DNA from: Octopus sinensis
Taxonomy: Eukaryota
DNA: 64,000 bases
Direction: 5' to 3'
Assembly: GCF_006345805.1 (NCBI RefSeq)
Contig: NW_021834602.1
Span: forward strand, 1-64,000
This document shows, one piece after another, positions 25,342 to 38,589 of the stretch. The notes beneath the pieces were generated by a model. The model made no database searches. It was not told where the DNA came from and saw only the letters and a list, made by a program, of their open reading frames with translations. Position 1 is the first letter of the stretch. Each line of letters starts with the position of its first letter. A program made the translations under genes and the position numbers.

Positions 25342-25800
25342 TTCTAGAGCGTCACGTTTCCTGCATAGCACTGCGTAAAGGAAAACCTCTGTAGTCTCGC
25401 AAAACCCAAAACTCAGTATCTTTTTTCGCTTGTATTTTACGCCTTAAGAATAATGTTTCGTGTATCTCCACAATATCCCCAGTACCAACTATCTGAACTG
25501 GCTGCAGAGCAGACCCTCCGCAAATATCTCACGAACAAACCTGTTATAATCAACAGCTGTGCAATGATTCATAGCCAGTTCTTCAACAGAAAAACGAACT
25601 AAAGCTAGTTCCTTGACCCAAGAGTATAAGGAAAGAAGTACACTCCTAAGAGGAAGGGTGTTCCCTTCCAGCCATACACCTTTTCTGAGAGACACACATT
25701 TGTTGCGTTCTTTTCGGGAGCACCGCCACTACATCTTCATAAAGTTTCTCTCTTTACATAACTTGTGCTTAGTATGACACCCTTCTAGAGAAAGTAAAAA
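25342..25800 (-). pseudogene. Merlin transposase, N-terminal/central part
   Basis: WRCSRK...SLRKGVWLEG...TAVDYNRFVREI, then after a frameshift GTGDIVEIHETLFLRRK (Merlin GxGxIVEIDES motif). Confidence 0.78.
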
Positions 25801-26164
25801 GCTGCATCCTCCTCAGTCTTCACTTTCTCTATCACACAAGAGCCGAAATTATTTAATTGCGGTCGTATTATATGTAGATTAAGAAATGAGATGTGGTCGA
25901 AAAGATCCAGGAAAACGCAAGTCAAAATAATGAAAATGAGGTACAGAAATATTAAGGCCCAGACGAAGTGGTTGCGGTGGTGAAGGTGTTACAGTCGTAC
26001 ACGTACAGCGCCCTTCTAACAATGAGAACAGGGCAGACAACACCGTTGATTGTTAATATGGAATCAGATACCACTGTGAGATATATAGTTGTGTGTACTA
26101 TGGTGGCTTTCGATTTGCTAAAATTGCTCAAAATTTTCAAATTTAAATGCTCTCTTTTACTGAA

Positions 26165-26258
26165 CCGTTAAGTTACGGGGACGTAAACACACCAGCATCA
26201 GTTGTTAAGCGATGTTGAGGGGACAAACACCGACACAAAAACATACACACACACACAG

Positions 26259-26306
<48 letters not shown>

Positions 26307-26494
26307 ACACACACATATATATATATATACGACGGGCTTCTTTTACTTTCCATCTACCAAATCCACTCACAAGGCTTTGATTTGCCAGAGGCTATAGTAG
26401 TAGATACTTGCCCAAGGTGCTACGCAGAGGGACAGATCCCGGAAACATGTAGTTCGTAAACAAGCTACTTACCACACAGCCACTCCTACGCCTA
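26165..26494 (-). mobile_element. Octopus SINE family 1 copy
   Basis: Matches the family 1 core and head. Confidence 0.8.
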
Positions 26495-26662
26495 TTGATT
26501 CTTTATTTATCAACTTATGGCAAAAATGAATTTCATTTTGCTCAACAGCACAACGAAACACACCACCTGGACCAGAAATCGAAACTACAATCTAGTGATT
26601 TCGAATTCAGCAACCGCTAACTACTAGGCTAGGCGGCTTCATACACGCACTCTTACACAAAT

Positions 26663-26760
<98 letters not shown>

Positions 26761-26860
26761 CTTATAGATATACATACATTTTTCACATACATACACACAC
26801 TCACATAGAAACATGCATGACATTCTATCTGTCTATCATCTATCTATCTCTAAATATGTG

Positions 26861-26941
<81 letters not shown>

Positions 26942-26944
26942 TGT

Positions 26945-27300
26945 ATAGAGAAGTAAGGAGTAAAGACACCCCCCACTTCGGTCACGAATGACCTTGGGAT
27001 TGGACCTAGAAAATTCCCCTGTGAGGCACAAGTCCGGAGGCAAGGTTGTTTTTGGAAGACCATCAGTCGCCCATGCATACCAGCCTCCGCTCTCCACGTC
27101 ACCGATGTTATCTAAGGGAAAGGCAAAATGGGCCGATACAGCTTGGCACCTGTGACGTCGCAACTCATTTCTACAGCTGATTGAACTGGAGCAACGGGAA
27201 ATAAAGAGTCTTGCTCAAGAACACAACACACAACCTGTTCTGGGAATCGAACTCAAAACCTCACGATCGTAAGTTCGACGCACTAACCACTAAGCGCCAT
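26945..27300 (-). mobile_element. tRNA-derived SINE (third family)
   Basis: Minus-strand head with A-box (tggcgcttagtggttag) and B-box-like gagttcgattccc, followed by ttgagcaagac. Confidence 0.7.
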
Positions 27301-28144
27301 ACATGTATTTATGTACGTTTGCATGTGTGTGTCTGTGTCTGTGTGTCTGTCTGTCTGTGTGTATTGGTAGCTTTTATACTCTTGCAAGTCAGCTCTGATC
27401 TATATTCTCTAAGATCAAAAGCATTCTAGTCGTGACCATCGTGTTTTTTAGTCATACATATTTTACATAAGATTGGTAGGATGTGATTATAGAGTTATTA
27501 TTTACTTATTTATTTGTTTACTTATTTCTTTATTCATTTTTCCAGAAGCTTAACCGAAAATTAGATTCGGATCCATGTATTTCTTTCCAGTTTTGTTTCC
27601 GCAAAATTGGTCTGTGACAGCTAAAACAGTGTTTTGAAAAATGATGATTGGTTTCGATTCCATGTGAAGTCTGTCTTCAGTTCTCAAATAATCGTTTCTG
27701 ACAGCTCATACATTCCTCAACTACACGTATACGCAGAAATACAAACACACAAATACACAAAAGACATATACGCTACAATGTGCTGTGTACGCCTCACACG
27801 CAAACGCGTATACGCGCACCCAAACATATACACATGAATACACACCTACCCTTCCTACCTCGCACACATTTCTCATAATTCTCTGTGACAGCCGACGAAG
27901 ATTATTGCCATTATCCGTCAAAATCGCAGAATCATTTAAGTTATTTATTATTCTGAGAGCTTCTTAGTTTTTCTCTCTTTTTGATTTGTTTTCTATTTCC
28001 TTCCTTTCTCTCTTTCTTTCCCTTGTTTTTTCCTTCATATATTTCTCTCTCTCTCTCTCTCTCTCTCCCTCTCTCTTTCTCCCCCTCTCAACCTCTCAAC
28101 TGCTTTCATCTATAAACAATAATTTGTCTCTAATTAACCACTGG

Positions 28145-28175
<31 letters not shown>

Positions 28176-28835
28176 ACGCTAAAACGCACACACACACACA
28201 CACACAAATATAGGTACATATATACATACACGTACATATATTTATATATGTGTATACATATATATTATATATATATATATAATATATATATATATATATG
28301 TATGTATATATGTGTGTATATATGTCTATATATATATATGTATATATATATGTGTGTATATCTACATCTATCTATCTATATATATATATATATATTATAT
28401 ATATGTATGTATGTATGTGTGTATGTATTTGAGAACCAATCAGTATTGAGGCTTTTTGATGGACTCCTTCGTTTGTTAGCTAATTGGATGTTTAGCTGAT
28501 AGCCCTCTGAATTATTTATACACGTCAGTTGTTATTGTTATTGTTTCTGGCATGGTTATTATATTTCATGCTGCTACTGCTGCTCCAGTCTTGTTCTGCC
28601 TTTTCTCTCCCCTGCCCCCCCCCATCTTCTACCCTTCCTCTTAGATTGATTAACTTCTTAACGACCATTTCTCCTGAATAGTACGCCAGCCAGCACAAAC
28701 AGAGCTCATCCGTTAGTCTTTGCTTGATAAATCCTGTTACAAACTTTTGCTCCTCTCTACAACCTTTCTCACATTCCTTGCTTAGTTCCCCCTCGCTCAT
28801 TTCCCACACTACTCGCACCAAATTTAACAAGCTTT

Positions 28836-28878
<43 letters not shown>

Positions 28879-28904
28879 TCTCTGTTATTTTCTTACCTTA
28901 TTAT

Positions 28905-28988
28905 ATACACATACGTACGCGTAGCTACAGATTCATGTCTACACGCTTAGAAGACTAGTCTATTATACACCTACATACAAATACATAC

Positions 28989-29033
<45 letters not shown>

Positions 29034-29284
29034 ATATATATATATATATACGTATATATACATAAATACATACACCCATACATACATACATATATACACA
29101 TACACACACCACACGTATACATATACATACATATACGCGCATGCATACACACACAATATTGTGTATGTATATGTATATGTGTGTGTATGCATGCGCGTAT
29201 ATGTATGTATATGTATACGTGTGGGTGTGTGTATGTGTATATATGTATGTATGTATGGTGTGTATGTATGTATGTATATATACG

Positions 29285-29316
<32 letters not shown>

Positions 29317-29405
29317 TATTATGTATGTATTTGTATGTAGGTGTATAATAGACTAGTCTTCTAAGCGTGTAGACATGAATCTGTAGGTACGCGTACGTAT
29401 GTGTA
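28905..29405. repeat. ~500-bp fold-back (near-perfect palindrome)
   Basis: cagattcatgtctacacgcttagaagactagtctattatacacctac (28930-28976) is mirrored at 29336-29385. The internal microsatellite blocks are also mirrored about ~29160. Confidence 0.85.
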
Positions 29406-29698
29406 TATATGTGAATGTATGTAGATGTATGTATGTATGAATATAACGCGTACGTGCGTGTATGTGTATGAGTGTGCGCGAATGGTGAGTGTGCGTGCTA
29501 ATGAGTGGCGTGCGTGAGTGAGTGCTTGTGGTTCAAGTAGAAAGATAAATGGACTTGCTGTCGTAGCCAAGATGCTGTGACCAGCGGTCCAAAGATAACA
29601 AAAGTAATAAATGAAGATAATAAAATTAAAATTAGGGAATGGGTTTGTTTTGCATGTATATATATGTGTGTATGTGTAGGTATGTATAGGTACATATG

Positions 29699-29731
<33 letters not shown>

Positions 29732-29915
29732 GTGTGTGTATATGTATATATGTGTATATAGGGACTTGTGTGTTGTGTGTGCATGTGTGTATGTGGATAT
29801 GTGTGTGTATGTGTGTATGTGTATGTGTGTGTATGTATATATATTTTTTCGTGTGTATATGTATGTGTGGTCGTGTGTGTAAACATACATGTGTGTGTGT
29901 ATGTGTATATGCATA

Positions 29916-29956
<41 letters not shown>

Positions 29957-30424
29957 TTTTATATATATATATGTGTAGATATGTGTATGTATATATATGT
30001 GTATGTATATATGTGTGTGTGTATGTATGTGTGTATGTATATGTGTGTGTGTGTGTGTATAAGTATACATATGTGTATAGGTATAAGTGAGAATCTCCTT
30101 ATTTACCTAAAACCTTTCTTCTATATATTTTTTTATTCTTTTATTTATTCTTTTATCTAATTTACCACTGACTCCTTGACCACTCCCCCAAGTATGATAT
30201 TTTTGCGCTATGCCTACCCCCAAAAAGTCCCCCACCACCACCCCTTTAAACCTCCCTAAATGTATAAATGCCAATACAATTCTTGTTAACTAGCTTCCTG
30301 AAGATTTCTCTTGAATGAAACAGTTCTAGTCCTGTAGATGCTCCTTCTATATAATAAATAATTTTACTCTGCTATGTATTGAGTACCTTATTTACTGTGG
30401 TTAACCCCGAATCAACCCGGGACC

Positions 30425-30523
<99 letters not shown>

Positions 30524-30529
30524 TATATA

Positions 30530-31405
30530 CGAATATAACAAGAAGGGTAGTAAATTATTTACTACCAGGTGCCCAGCACACAAAAGACGAATAGTCATAA
30601 GACAAAAATATTATTCATATAGAAAAATATTATTCATGTAGTTATACATTAAGGGCTCCTAAATAAAGATGCCGAGTGCGGGGAACACAAAAAGGGGATG
30701 AATTTATCGAGAGTGAAAATCAAAAACGTTTACCGATAACTTTAACAACTCGTACCGCGGTTTCTGCTTCTTTCTAGCAAAACACAGAATATGTTTGCTA
30801 AGGCCAGCTTCATCAGCGAGTCGCCTGAATTTATCGAGGTCTGCAGCGATGTGGGACTATATGTTACACCCGACTACTAGCAGATCTTAACTTTTCAAAT
30901 CTCTGGCGCAGACGCAAAATTTACACGGGCATGCCGGGAAGAATTTTACGATATAAATTCATCATGTAGTATGCGAATATAAACAAGAAGGGTAGTAATA
31001 TTATTTACTACCAGGTGCCCAGCACAAAAGACGAATTAGTCATAAGACAAAAATATTATTCATATAGAAAAATATTATTCATGTAGTTATACAATTAAGG
31101 GCTCCTAAATAAAGATGCCGAGTGCTGGGAACACAAAAAGGGGATGAATTTATCGAGAGTGAAAATCAAAAACGTTTACCGATAACTTTAACAACTCGTA
31201 CCGCGGTTTCTGCTTCTTTCTAGCAAAACACAGAATATGTTTGCTAAGGCCAGCTTCATCAGCGAGTCGCCTGAATTTAATCGAGGTCTGCAGCGATGTG
31301 GGACTATATGTTACACCCGACTACTAGCAGATCTTAAATTTTCATCCCCTTTTTGTGTTCCCAGCACTCGGCATCTTTATTTAGGAGCCCTTAATTGTAT
31401 AACTA
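30530..31405. mobile_element. Family C retrozyme-like insertion: ~1.8 units of ~445 bp plus a short inverted terminal arm (31339-31405), in (TA)n
   Basis: Units start at 30530 and 30974. 31339-31405 is the reverse complement of the tagttatacaattaagggctcc...ggggatgaa segment. Confidence 0.85.
30746..30823 (-). ncRNA. Type I hammerhead ribozyme, family C (second copy 31192-31269)
   Basis: Sense CGACUCG-CUGAUGA-A GCU...UAGCAAA/UUUGCUA...AGC A-GAAA-CCGCGG-UA^CGAGUUG. Palindromic ACCGCGGU. A·A mismatch at 10.1/11.1. Confidence 0.8.
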
Positions 31406-32243
31406 TATATATATATTAGGAGTGTGGGGTTGAGTGGGTTTTTGGAGTATGTTGAGGTTATATGTATGTATAGGTATGTGTAAGTGGGGTGTGTATTTGT
31501 ATATGTCGTGGGTGTGTGGTTTAGTGTGGTATTTGTGTGTGAATGTTTAGGTTGGGGGATTGCTATATAGGTATGTTATAGAGTTTAGTAAAGGGAGATT
31601 TTATCATTATATGTTTTTATGAGTTTTGGTTATCATGGTAGTTTTGTTAAGGAATTCGTAGTAATTTGTGTCTATTTGCGATGTCTGTTGTTTTATTGCA
31701 TATTTCATTCATAATTTTTAAGTAGTTTCGTTTTACCAAGTGAATATAATTTTTAATTCCATTTATTCCATTTCTCCGTTCATAATTTTAAGTGATGTCC
31801 GTTTTAGAGCGGTAATGTGGGTTGTATGTGTGTGTGAGGGAGTATGATAAGTATTGTGTTGAAGTATTTAGCTATTTTATTTATTCATCGTTGCTAGACG
31901 TTTTTATGTGTATGTATAGGGATTATATATAGGTGTGTGATTTAGTGTATGTATTTAGATATGGTTATATATAATTAGTTATATGTGTATGGGTGTATAT
32001 ATAGTTTATTTTTGTTTTGTTTTATATTTTTTATTTTATATTTTATATTTTATATTTTATATTTTTATATTATATTTAATTGTTGATAGGTTTATTTTAG
32101 TTTATATATTGTTTATATATTGATATATATGGATTATATATAGGTTATAATAGATTATATATTTATATTTTTTCATTAATACTTTAATTATTTTAAAATT
32201 ATTATTTTTATATTTTAAAATATTGATATTTTAGATTGGAAGT

Positions 32244-32285
32244 CCACCTGAAGATTGTCGATCAAGACAAGAAACATTGTAGTGG
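32244..32285 (+). ncRNA. Minimal type I hammerhead ribozyme (Penelope-type)
   Basis: ccac ctgaaga ttgtc gatcaa gacaa gaaa cattg ta gtgg: helix I 4 bp, helix II 5 bp, short helix III, GUA triplet. Confidence 0.75.
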
Positions 32286-32452
32286 CGGTTTTTTTTGACT
32301 TTTTATTAAAATTTATGTATTGATTAAGTTTCCTTGTTGTTTTGCAAAATAGTGGTTTTGTCTCTAATAATATTATATAATATTTTACTATAAAATGGAT
32401 TTAATCCTAAATCTGATTTTTTTCCTGTACATTGGATTTATTCCCTAATATT

Positions 32453-32486
<34 letters not shown>

Positions 32487-32624
32487 GGGCAAGCCAAATG
32501 GCGGAGTGAGTGACACGTGCCCCTTCAAGAAAAAAGTGTGCCCTTATTACACCCTTTCATCCTGGAATTGTATTTCCTTCTCACCTTGTGCCCTCTTTTC
32601 GAAAAATTCCTGGGACCACACCTG

Positions 32625-32701
<77 letters not shown>

Positions 32702-32922
32702 GTTTCGCATTTATAAAGCGCTTAGCTGTGTAGGCAACTCGTCAGACTCAAACGGCGGGAGTTATGTGTCTCCGACCATTTGAGTGTGACGAGTTTGTCT
32801 ACATAGCTAAGCGCTTCATAACTTCGGAACCAATGGTCGCTCTGACCAGTCATAATGATAATTGCCTCTATAAGTGTATTACCGGTATAATGTTTTAGAG
32901 TGTGTTTCTTCTAATGACGATG

Positions 32923-32987
<65 letters not shown>

Positions 32988-33893
32988 GTGTATGTATGTA
33001 TGTATGTATGTATGTGTGTATGTATGTAATATCTTTCGATGACCCGATTAGTGGTATTGCCAGCTGTTACTTGAGGGTATTGATTATTTTCTTTAGGGAT
33101 GTAGAGATATGACATGATCTCCCCTGCTCGATAACGACATAACAATGGAGTCCCCTTCCATTCATATTTATCTTCGCCACTTAAAGCAGCTTTCTCGCAT
33201 TAGACCGCAAACTTTAATTTCTTTTCTGTTGCTAACAACTTTAGCAAAAGAATTGCCATCAGTTCTGTTTGTGTTACTGAGAACAACATTTTTTTCTCAT
33301 TTGAAAGGATTTGTTTTTACCTGTTTAACAAAATATATTGTTGTCGCTACTGCTGTTGCTGTTGTTTTTAACAGTATTAGTCGAAACTGTTCAAAATGAT
33401 ATTTTTTCATTTTCCTGTAACTATTTGTGAGTTTTGCTCCAAAATTAAAATTCCTGATTTATTATATTTCCGCTCTCTATAGTTATGCCCATGTCCACAT
33501 CTCTTAAGAAGATGCTTTTAAGAGCTACTTTGGGATGAAATAGAATTAGCTCAAGAACGACATATCTCAAGTCGCTACCGGTCCGAAATAAATGCCCAAT
33601 GCATTTCCCAAAATGAAATACCATATTTTCCAGCGTACAAGTCGACGTAGCATAACCATTCACAAATCATTACTAGATTTCAAAATTCTGCCGCATTTCA
33701 TATGAAACATTTGGTCCTCCAAAGTCATCTTCATGTATATGTCGACTTATCTCTCTTGTCTGTACATATTGGTCTCAAAATTTCGACATTTATGCCGGAA
33801 AATACAGTATTGCTTCTTCAGCCGTATATAGCAAAACCCCGAAATTATTACCCGATTACGGCAATATTTGGTAATGGACTTTGTTGAGAGAGA

Positions 33894-33926
<33 letters not shown>

Positions 33927-34444
33927 TGTGTGCGTGTGGACTGGAGAGAGACAATAGTAAATACTTTGCTTTAGTTACTCTAGTTTGGCAGATTATAACT
34001 AAATAAGATATTCCAAAACTGCTTGGATTGATTGTAAGTCTCTTTCTCGACTTATATCTTGAGGTCGATATTACTATACATGTAGAAGCTTCCGGAAACT
34101 TGCAGGATATATTTTCAATGGAGTAGACATTTACTACAGTCCAGTCAAATATCCAGATTATTTCTACCATAACTCTTTCTGAAAAATCATTCTGACACAT
34201 TGTCTTACTGCATAAAAAAAAATAACGCCCACGGTCATATTGCTTTGTGGCTTGCATAATGCTCTTCAGTTGCTCTGTGTTTCTTTACAACAGCTTTATA
34301 AAATAGATTTTCACCAATATCTAAGTATTTATAACACCTATTGTGTCCAACAGAAGAGTGAAGGAAGTCATTGATGCTCATGCTTTAGGATTCCCAAAAA
34401 GTTTTTCCAAGTTCGACTATGAAATATGTATGTATACATACGTG

Positions 34445-34486
<42 letters not shown>

Positions 34487-34545
34487 CATTACGTACGTTC
34501 ATGCTTACATAACATACATACATAAATATATGTGTGGCTATGGTT

Positions 34546-34581
<36 letters not shown>

Positions 34582-34733
34582 ATATATTATATAATATAAT
34601 ATGTGTGGTGGGTGTGTGTTGTGTGGTATTGGTATTATATATATATAAAGGTAAATATAATACATTATACATTGTGTGTGTTGGTGTTCTTGTATGTATG
34701 TGTGTGCGTGTTTGTGTGTCTCTGTTGTATATT

Positions 34734-34775
<42 letters not shown>

Positions 34776-36037
34776 ATAAAATATATAAATAAATAAATAA
34801 ATAAATATATATATATTATATATATATAGGCATGTACACGTATAGGAACATGATATTGTAAAGGAAAAAGTTGAAACAGACATGAATGTGTAAGAGATAA
34901 TAAGGAAAAGTTAAAAAGATAACACTGTAAAAGAAAATGAGGTAAAATAAAATGTTGGTGTTACAAAGAAATGATTGAACAGAAATGATTGAAAGAGACG
35001 GCAGAAGGTTAAGGAAGAGAGAATGATAAAAAGGTATTTTTGAAATGCATGTATAATATGAGAATTTATAGAAATGGTAGTTAAAGCAGGCGACGATATG
35101 TGGAAGTAATGACGTTAAAAAAATGCTTCTAAAAATGTATACGCAACATGGGATTACATAGAACTAGGAAAAAAATAGACGACAACACATGGAGGAAAGA
35201 TGAGGAAAAGATGTGGAAATATATACAATAGATCGAAAAGTATTGAAAATGGTAAGCAACACACGCATCATGAATAACATTTAAATAAAAAAAAAAACGA
35301 AGCCAACTTCTGAAAGAAAGGAATTGAGCAAGAAGGTTACGTTAGCTCTATTTTTGTATTCTATCCGCAGAAATTCTAAATAGATTTTTGCCTAGAATGT
35401 TATTAAATTTGGAACAATAGTTACATGAAAAGATAGTAAGGCCATATAAGTAGATCATTTGCATCTGGGGAAAGATTATAAAATATATCAAAACTATTTC
35501 AGATGAAAAGAAAGAAACACGGACGTTTGAGAGTCGAATAAAAGCCGCAGAGAACTAAGTTTGATCCAAAATCTACTACGTCAACCAACAAGAAAAAGAA
35601 AAATCGAAGGTAAAGATTATGAGACATATGAAGATAAAAGAGGGAAAAAAATGAAGGAAGTTAAAAGAGTGTTTTAATCCACTTGTAGCGGTCAACTTTT
35701 AAATCCGATCTTGGCAAAGATTAATCGGCAAAAGTAGAACGGAAATATTCAATCAAACATCCTTGGCTTGTCTCTTCCATTACCTTCGCCACATTAAACG
35801 AAGTCGTTGAGGCGGCTCTCATACGCTGACAGGTAAACTGTGATATAAACCAGCATGGCACAGTCCTTACTTCACAGAACACAGAGCTTGGAATTCGTAG
35901 CTGACGTTGATCCTGATGACATTGTTCGTTGCCATGGTAGCAGTATTGTTTCTAGTTGTGGCAAGGGTTGTTGTAAGGGTCAAGATAGGTAAGAACCGAT
36001 AATTAAAATATATGACTAACTATGGTATAGAATATTT

Positions 36038-36420
36038 ATGGTGATGTTGGTGTTGGTGGTGGTGATGGTGGTGGTGTTTGTTGTAGTGACGGTAGTGGTT
36101 GGTGTAGAAATAGTAATAGTGATAGTGGTGGTGGTGATTGTGGTGGCGGTGGTTGTGGGGATAGTGGTGGTACACACGATAATAGTAGTGGTACTGGTTG
36201 TGGTGGTTGTAGTAGTGACGTGCTGGTAGTGATGGTTGCAGTAATGGTGATAGTGTTAGTAGTGGTGGTGGTATTGGTGGTGGTTATTGTCGTGGTGCTG
36301 GTGGTGGTGGTGGTGATAGCGGTGGTAACGGTGATGGTGGAGTTGGTGTTGATAGTGGTAGTGGTATTAGTTGTGGTTGTGACAGTGGTGATGATGGTGA
36401 TCGTCGTCGTCGTCGTTGTT

Positions 36421-36507
<87 letters not shown>

Positions 36508-36540
36508 TAGTAGAGGTGGTGGTAGTAGTAGTAGTAGAGG
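36038..36540. repeat. Degenerate (GTG/GTA/GTC)n trinucleotide tract
   Basis: Visible directly; source of the poly-Val ORFs. Confidence 0.9.
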
Positions 36541-36748
36541 TGGAATACCTTAAATTTTCATACTTTCTAGGTCGATAGAATAAGCACCACTTGAGTGCTA
36601 GTCGCGGAGGAGTGTGTGTGGTAGGGTGTAATCGACTTACGCTCACCTCCGAAATCGCTGGCCTTATGCCAATATTTGAAACCAATATGCAGCAGCAGCA
36701 GCAGTAGCAGCAGCAGTAGTAGTAGTAGTAGTAGTAGTGGTAGTAGTT

Positions 36749-36779
<31 letters not shown>

Positions 36780-37227
36780 AGGTGGTGGTGGTCCTTGTTC
36801 TTGTTCTTGCCCAAGTTTGTTCCACCTCTTGGAAGGCGTCGTCCATAACAGGCCTTGTCTCTCTCTATCGTTTGGTCTGACCAGCATGGGACACCCTAGC
36901 AGGATCTTGCGCTCGGCTGACTTATCTCTCAGGATACTTCCTTTGAATTTGTAGACCAATTCTATACTTTCGTTGTATTCGTCCCTGACGCTACAGCCTC
37001 CTTTGGGACAAAACTGTTTTAAAAATTCTAATACAAGCATTAGGACACGGAGATTATCAGAATCTTTGGTTTAAACCAGAAACAATACTAATAATTATAT
37101 GGTATCATAAGAATTATTAACCCTTTAATTTTGAAACCGGCCATATCAGGCCTTGTTTTAAGTCTAATCTGACCAGAGATAGTTTCTCACATCTAGACTA
37201 CAATGTCAGTCTAAAAATAATAGTGGT

Positions 37228-37290
37228 AGAATACTGGTAAGAATCCTGCCTGTCACGCGGGAGACCGGTGTTCGATCGCCCGTCGGGGAG
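37228..37290 (+). pseudogene. tRNA-Asp(GTC) pseudogene lacking the 5' acceptor strand
   Basis: gcctgtcacgcgggagaccggtgttcgatcgcccgtcggggag matches the eukaryotic tRNA-Asp 3' half. Anticodon gtc at 37252-37254. B-box mutated. Confidence 0.8.
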
Positions 37291-37310
37291 ACGTTAACGC
37301 TGCTTTTTAT

Positions 37311-37870
37311 AGGCGCAGGAGTGGCTGTGTGGATTTGGTAGACGGAAACTGAAAGAAGCCTGTCGTATATATGTATGTATATATATGTGTGTGTGTGTAT
37401 GTTTGTGTGTCTGTGTTTCTCCCCCTAGCATTGCTTGACAACCGATGCTGGTGTGTTTACGTCCCCGTCACTTAGAGGTTCGGCAAAAGAGACCGATAGA
37501 ATAAGTACTAGGCTTACAAAGAATAAGTCCTGGGGTCGATTTGCTCGACTAAAGGCGGTGCTCCAGCATGGCCGCAGTCAAATGACTGAAACAAGTAAAA
37601 GAGAGAGTAAAAAGAGAGTAATGTATGTATGCATGTATGTATGTATGTTTGTGTGTCTGTGTTTGTCCCCGCAACATCGCTTGACAACCGATGCTGGTGT
37701 GTATAAGTCCCCGTAATTTAGCGGTTCGGCAAAAGAGACCGATTGAATAAGTACTAGGCTTACAAAGAATAAGTCCTTCGGTCGATTTGCTCGGTTAAAG
37801 GCGGTGCTCCAGCATGGCCGCAGTTAAATGACTGAAACGAGTAAAAGAGAGAGAGCAAAGAGAGTAAATT
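37311..37870 (+). mobile_element. Octopus SINE family 1 with tandemly duplicated 3' half
   Basis: The ttgacaaccgatgctggtgtgt...ctccagcatggccgcag block occurs twice (about 37435 and 37680). Confidence 0.85.
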
Positions 37871-38505
37871 ACATCATTGAAATCTCAAAACAATAGGATA
37901 ATACATGTTAGTTCAAAACATTATGGATAAATAAGCACTGCATTTAACAGTGAACTGAATGCTAAAGGGTTAAAACAAATTTAGACGAATACGTAATGAA
38001 AATATCATATCTTACATATAATACAACACCGTTAGATACTATACTATATAATACAAAAGAAATACAAATTTGAGACAAAACACCGCACGCCTTCATATCG
38101 CGCAGCGCTACGCTCGATTTTGCAATGAAATCACACGATGAAAATAAGACAACTGAAAAATAATAATAACGCTTGCTTCTTCCTTTATATGAAGAATTCT
38201 TTATCCTCTGTCCATAAACGTAATGTTTTGAAATTTTGCGTTAATTAAACTCGTGTTGAGATTGTTTTTGCTATCTGCTTGATTATTTGTGGCCGGCATT
38301 CATTGTTCGTTGCGTTTCATTTAACGTAAAATTGGTCTCCATGGCATGCTGCCGTTATCTTCTCTTTTGTATGGAGATAATGACATACACCCGCACATTC
38401 ATGTGTACATACACTCTCACACACACACATACATAGACGTATATATCCGTACACGTATGTGTGCTTATGCATACACACACGCACATTTGTATCTCTGTAT
38501 CTCTG

Positions 38506-38548
<43 letters not shown>

Positions 38549-38557
38549 GTATATGTG

Positions 38558-38589
<32 letters not shown>

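Noticed and set aside
33145-34260. Complex, possibly coding-derived sequence (similar tracts at 34860-35800, 50255-50760, 60450-61620)
   Set aside because: Probably decayed LINE ORF1/ORF2, but I could not identify diagnostic motifs by eye; needs BLASTX or RepeatMasker.
36038-36954. Poly-Val, poly-Thr and poly-Ser ORFs (also 51988-53204 and 55746-56786)
   Set aside because: Trinucleotide and dinucleotide tracts; no splice or domain evidence.
36800-37045. ORF segment EYNESIELVYKFKGSIL resembling an RTE-type RT C-terminal motif
   Set aside because: Similarity is too weak and short to call without a profile search.
37228-37290. Functional tRNA-Asp gene
   Set aside because: The 5' acceptor strand is missing and the T-arm/B-box is mutated, so it is listed as a pseudogene.
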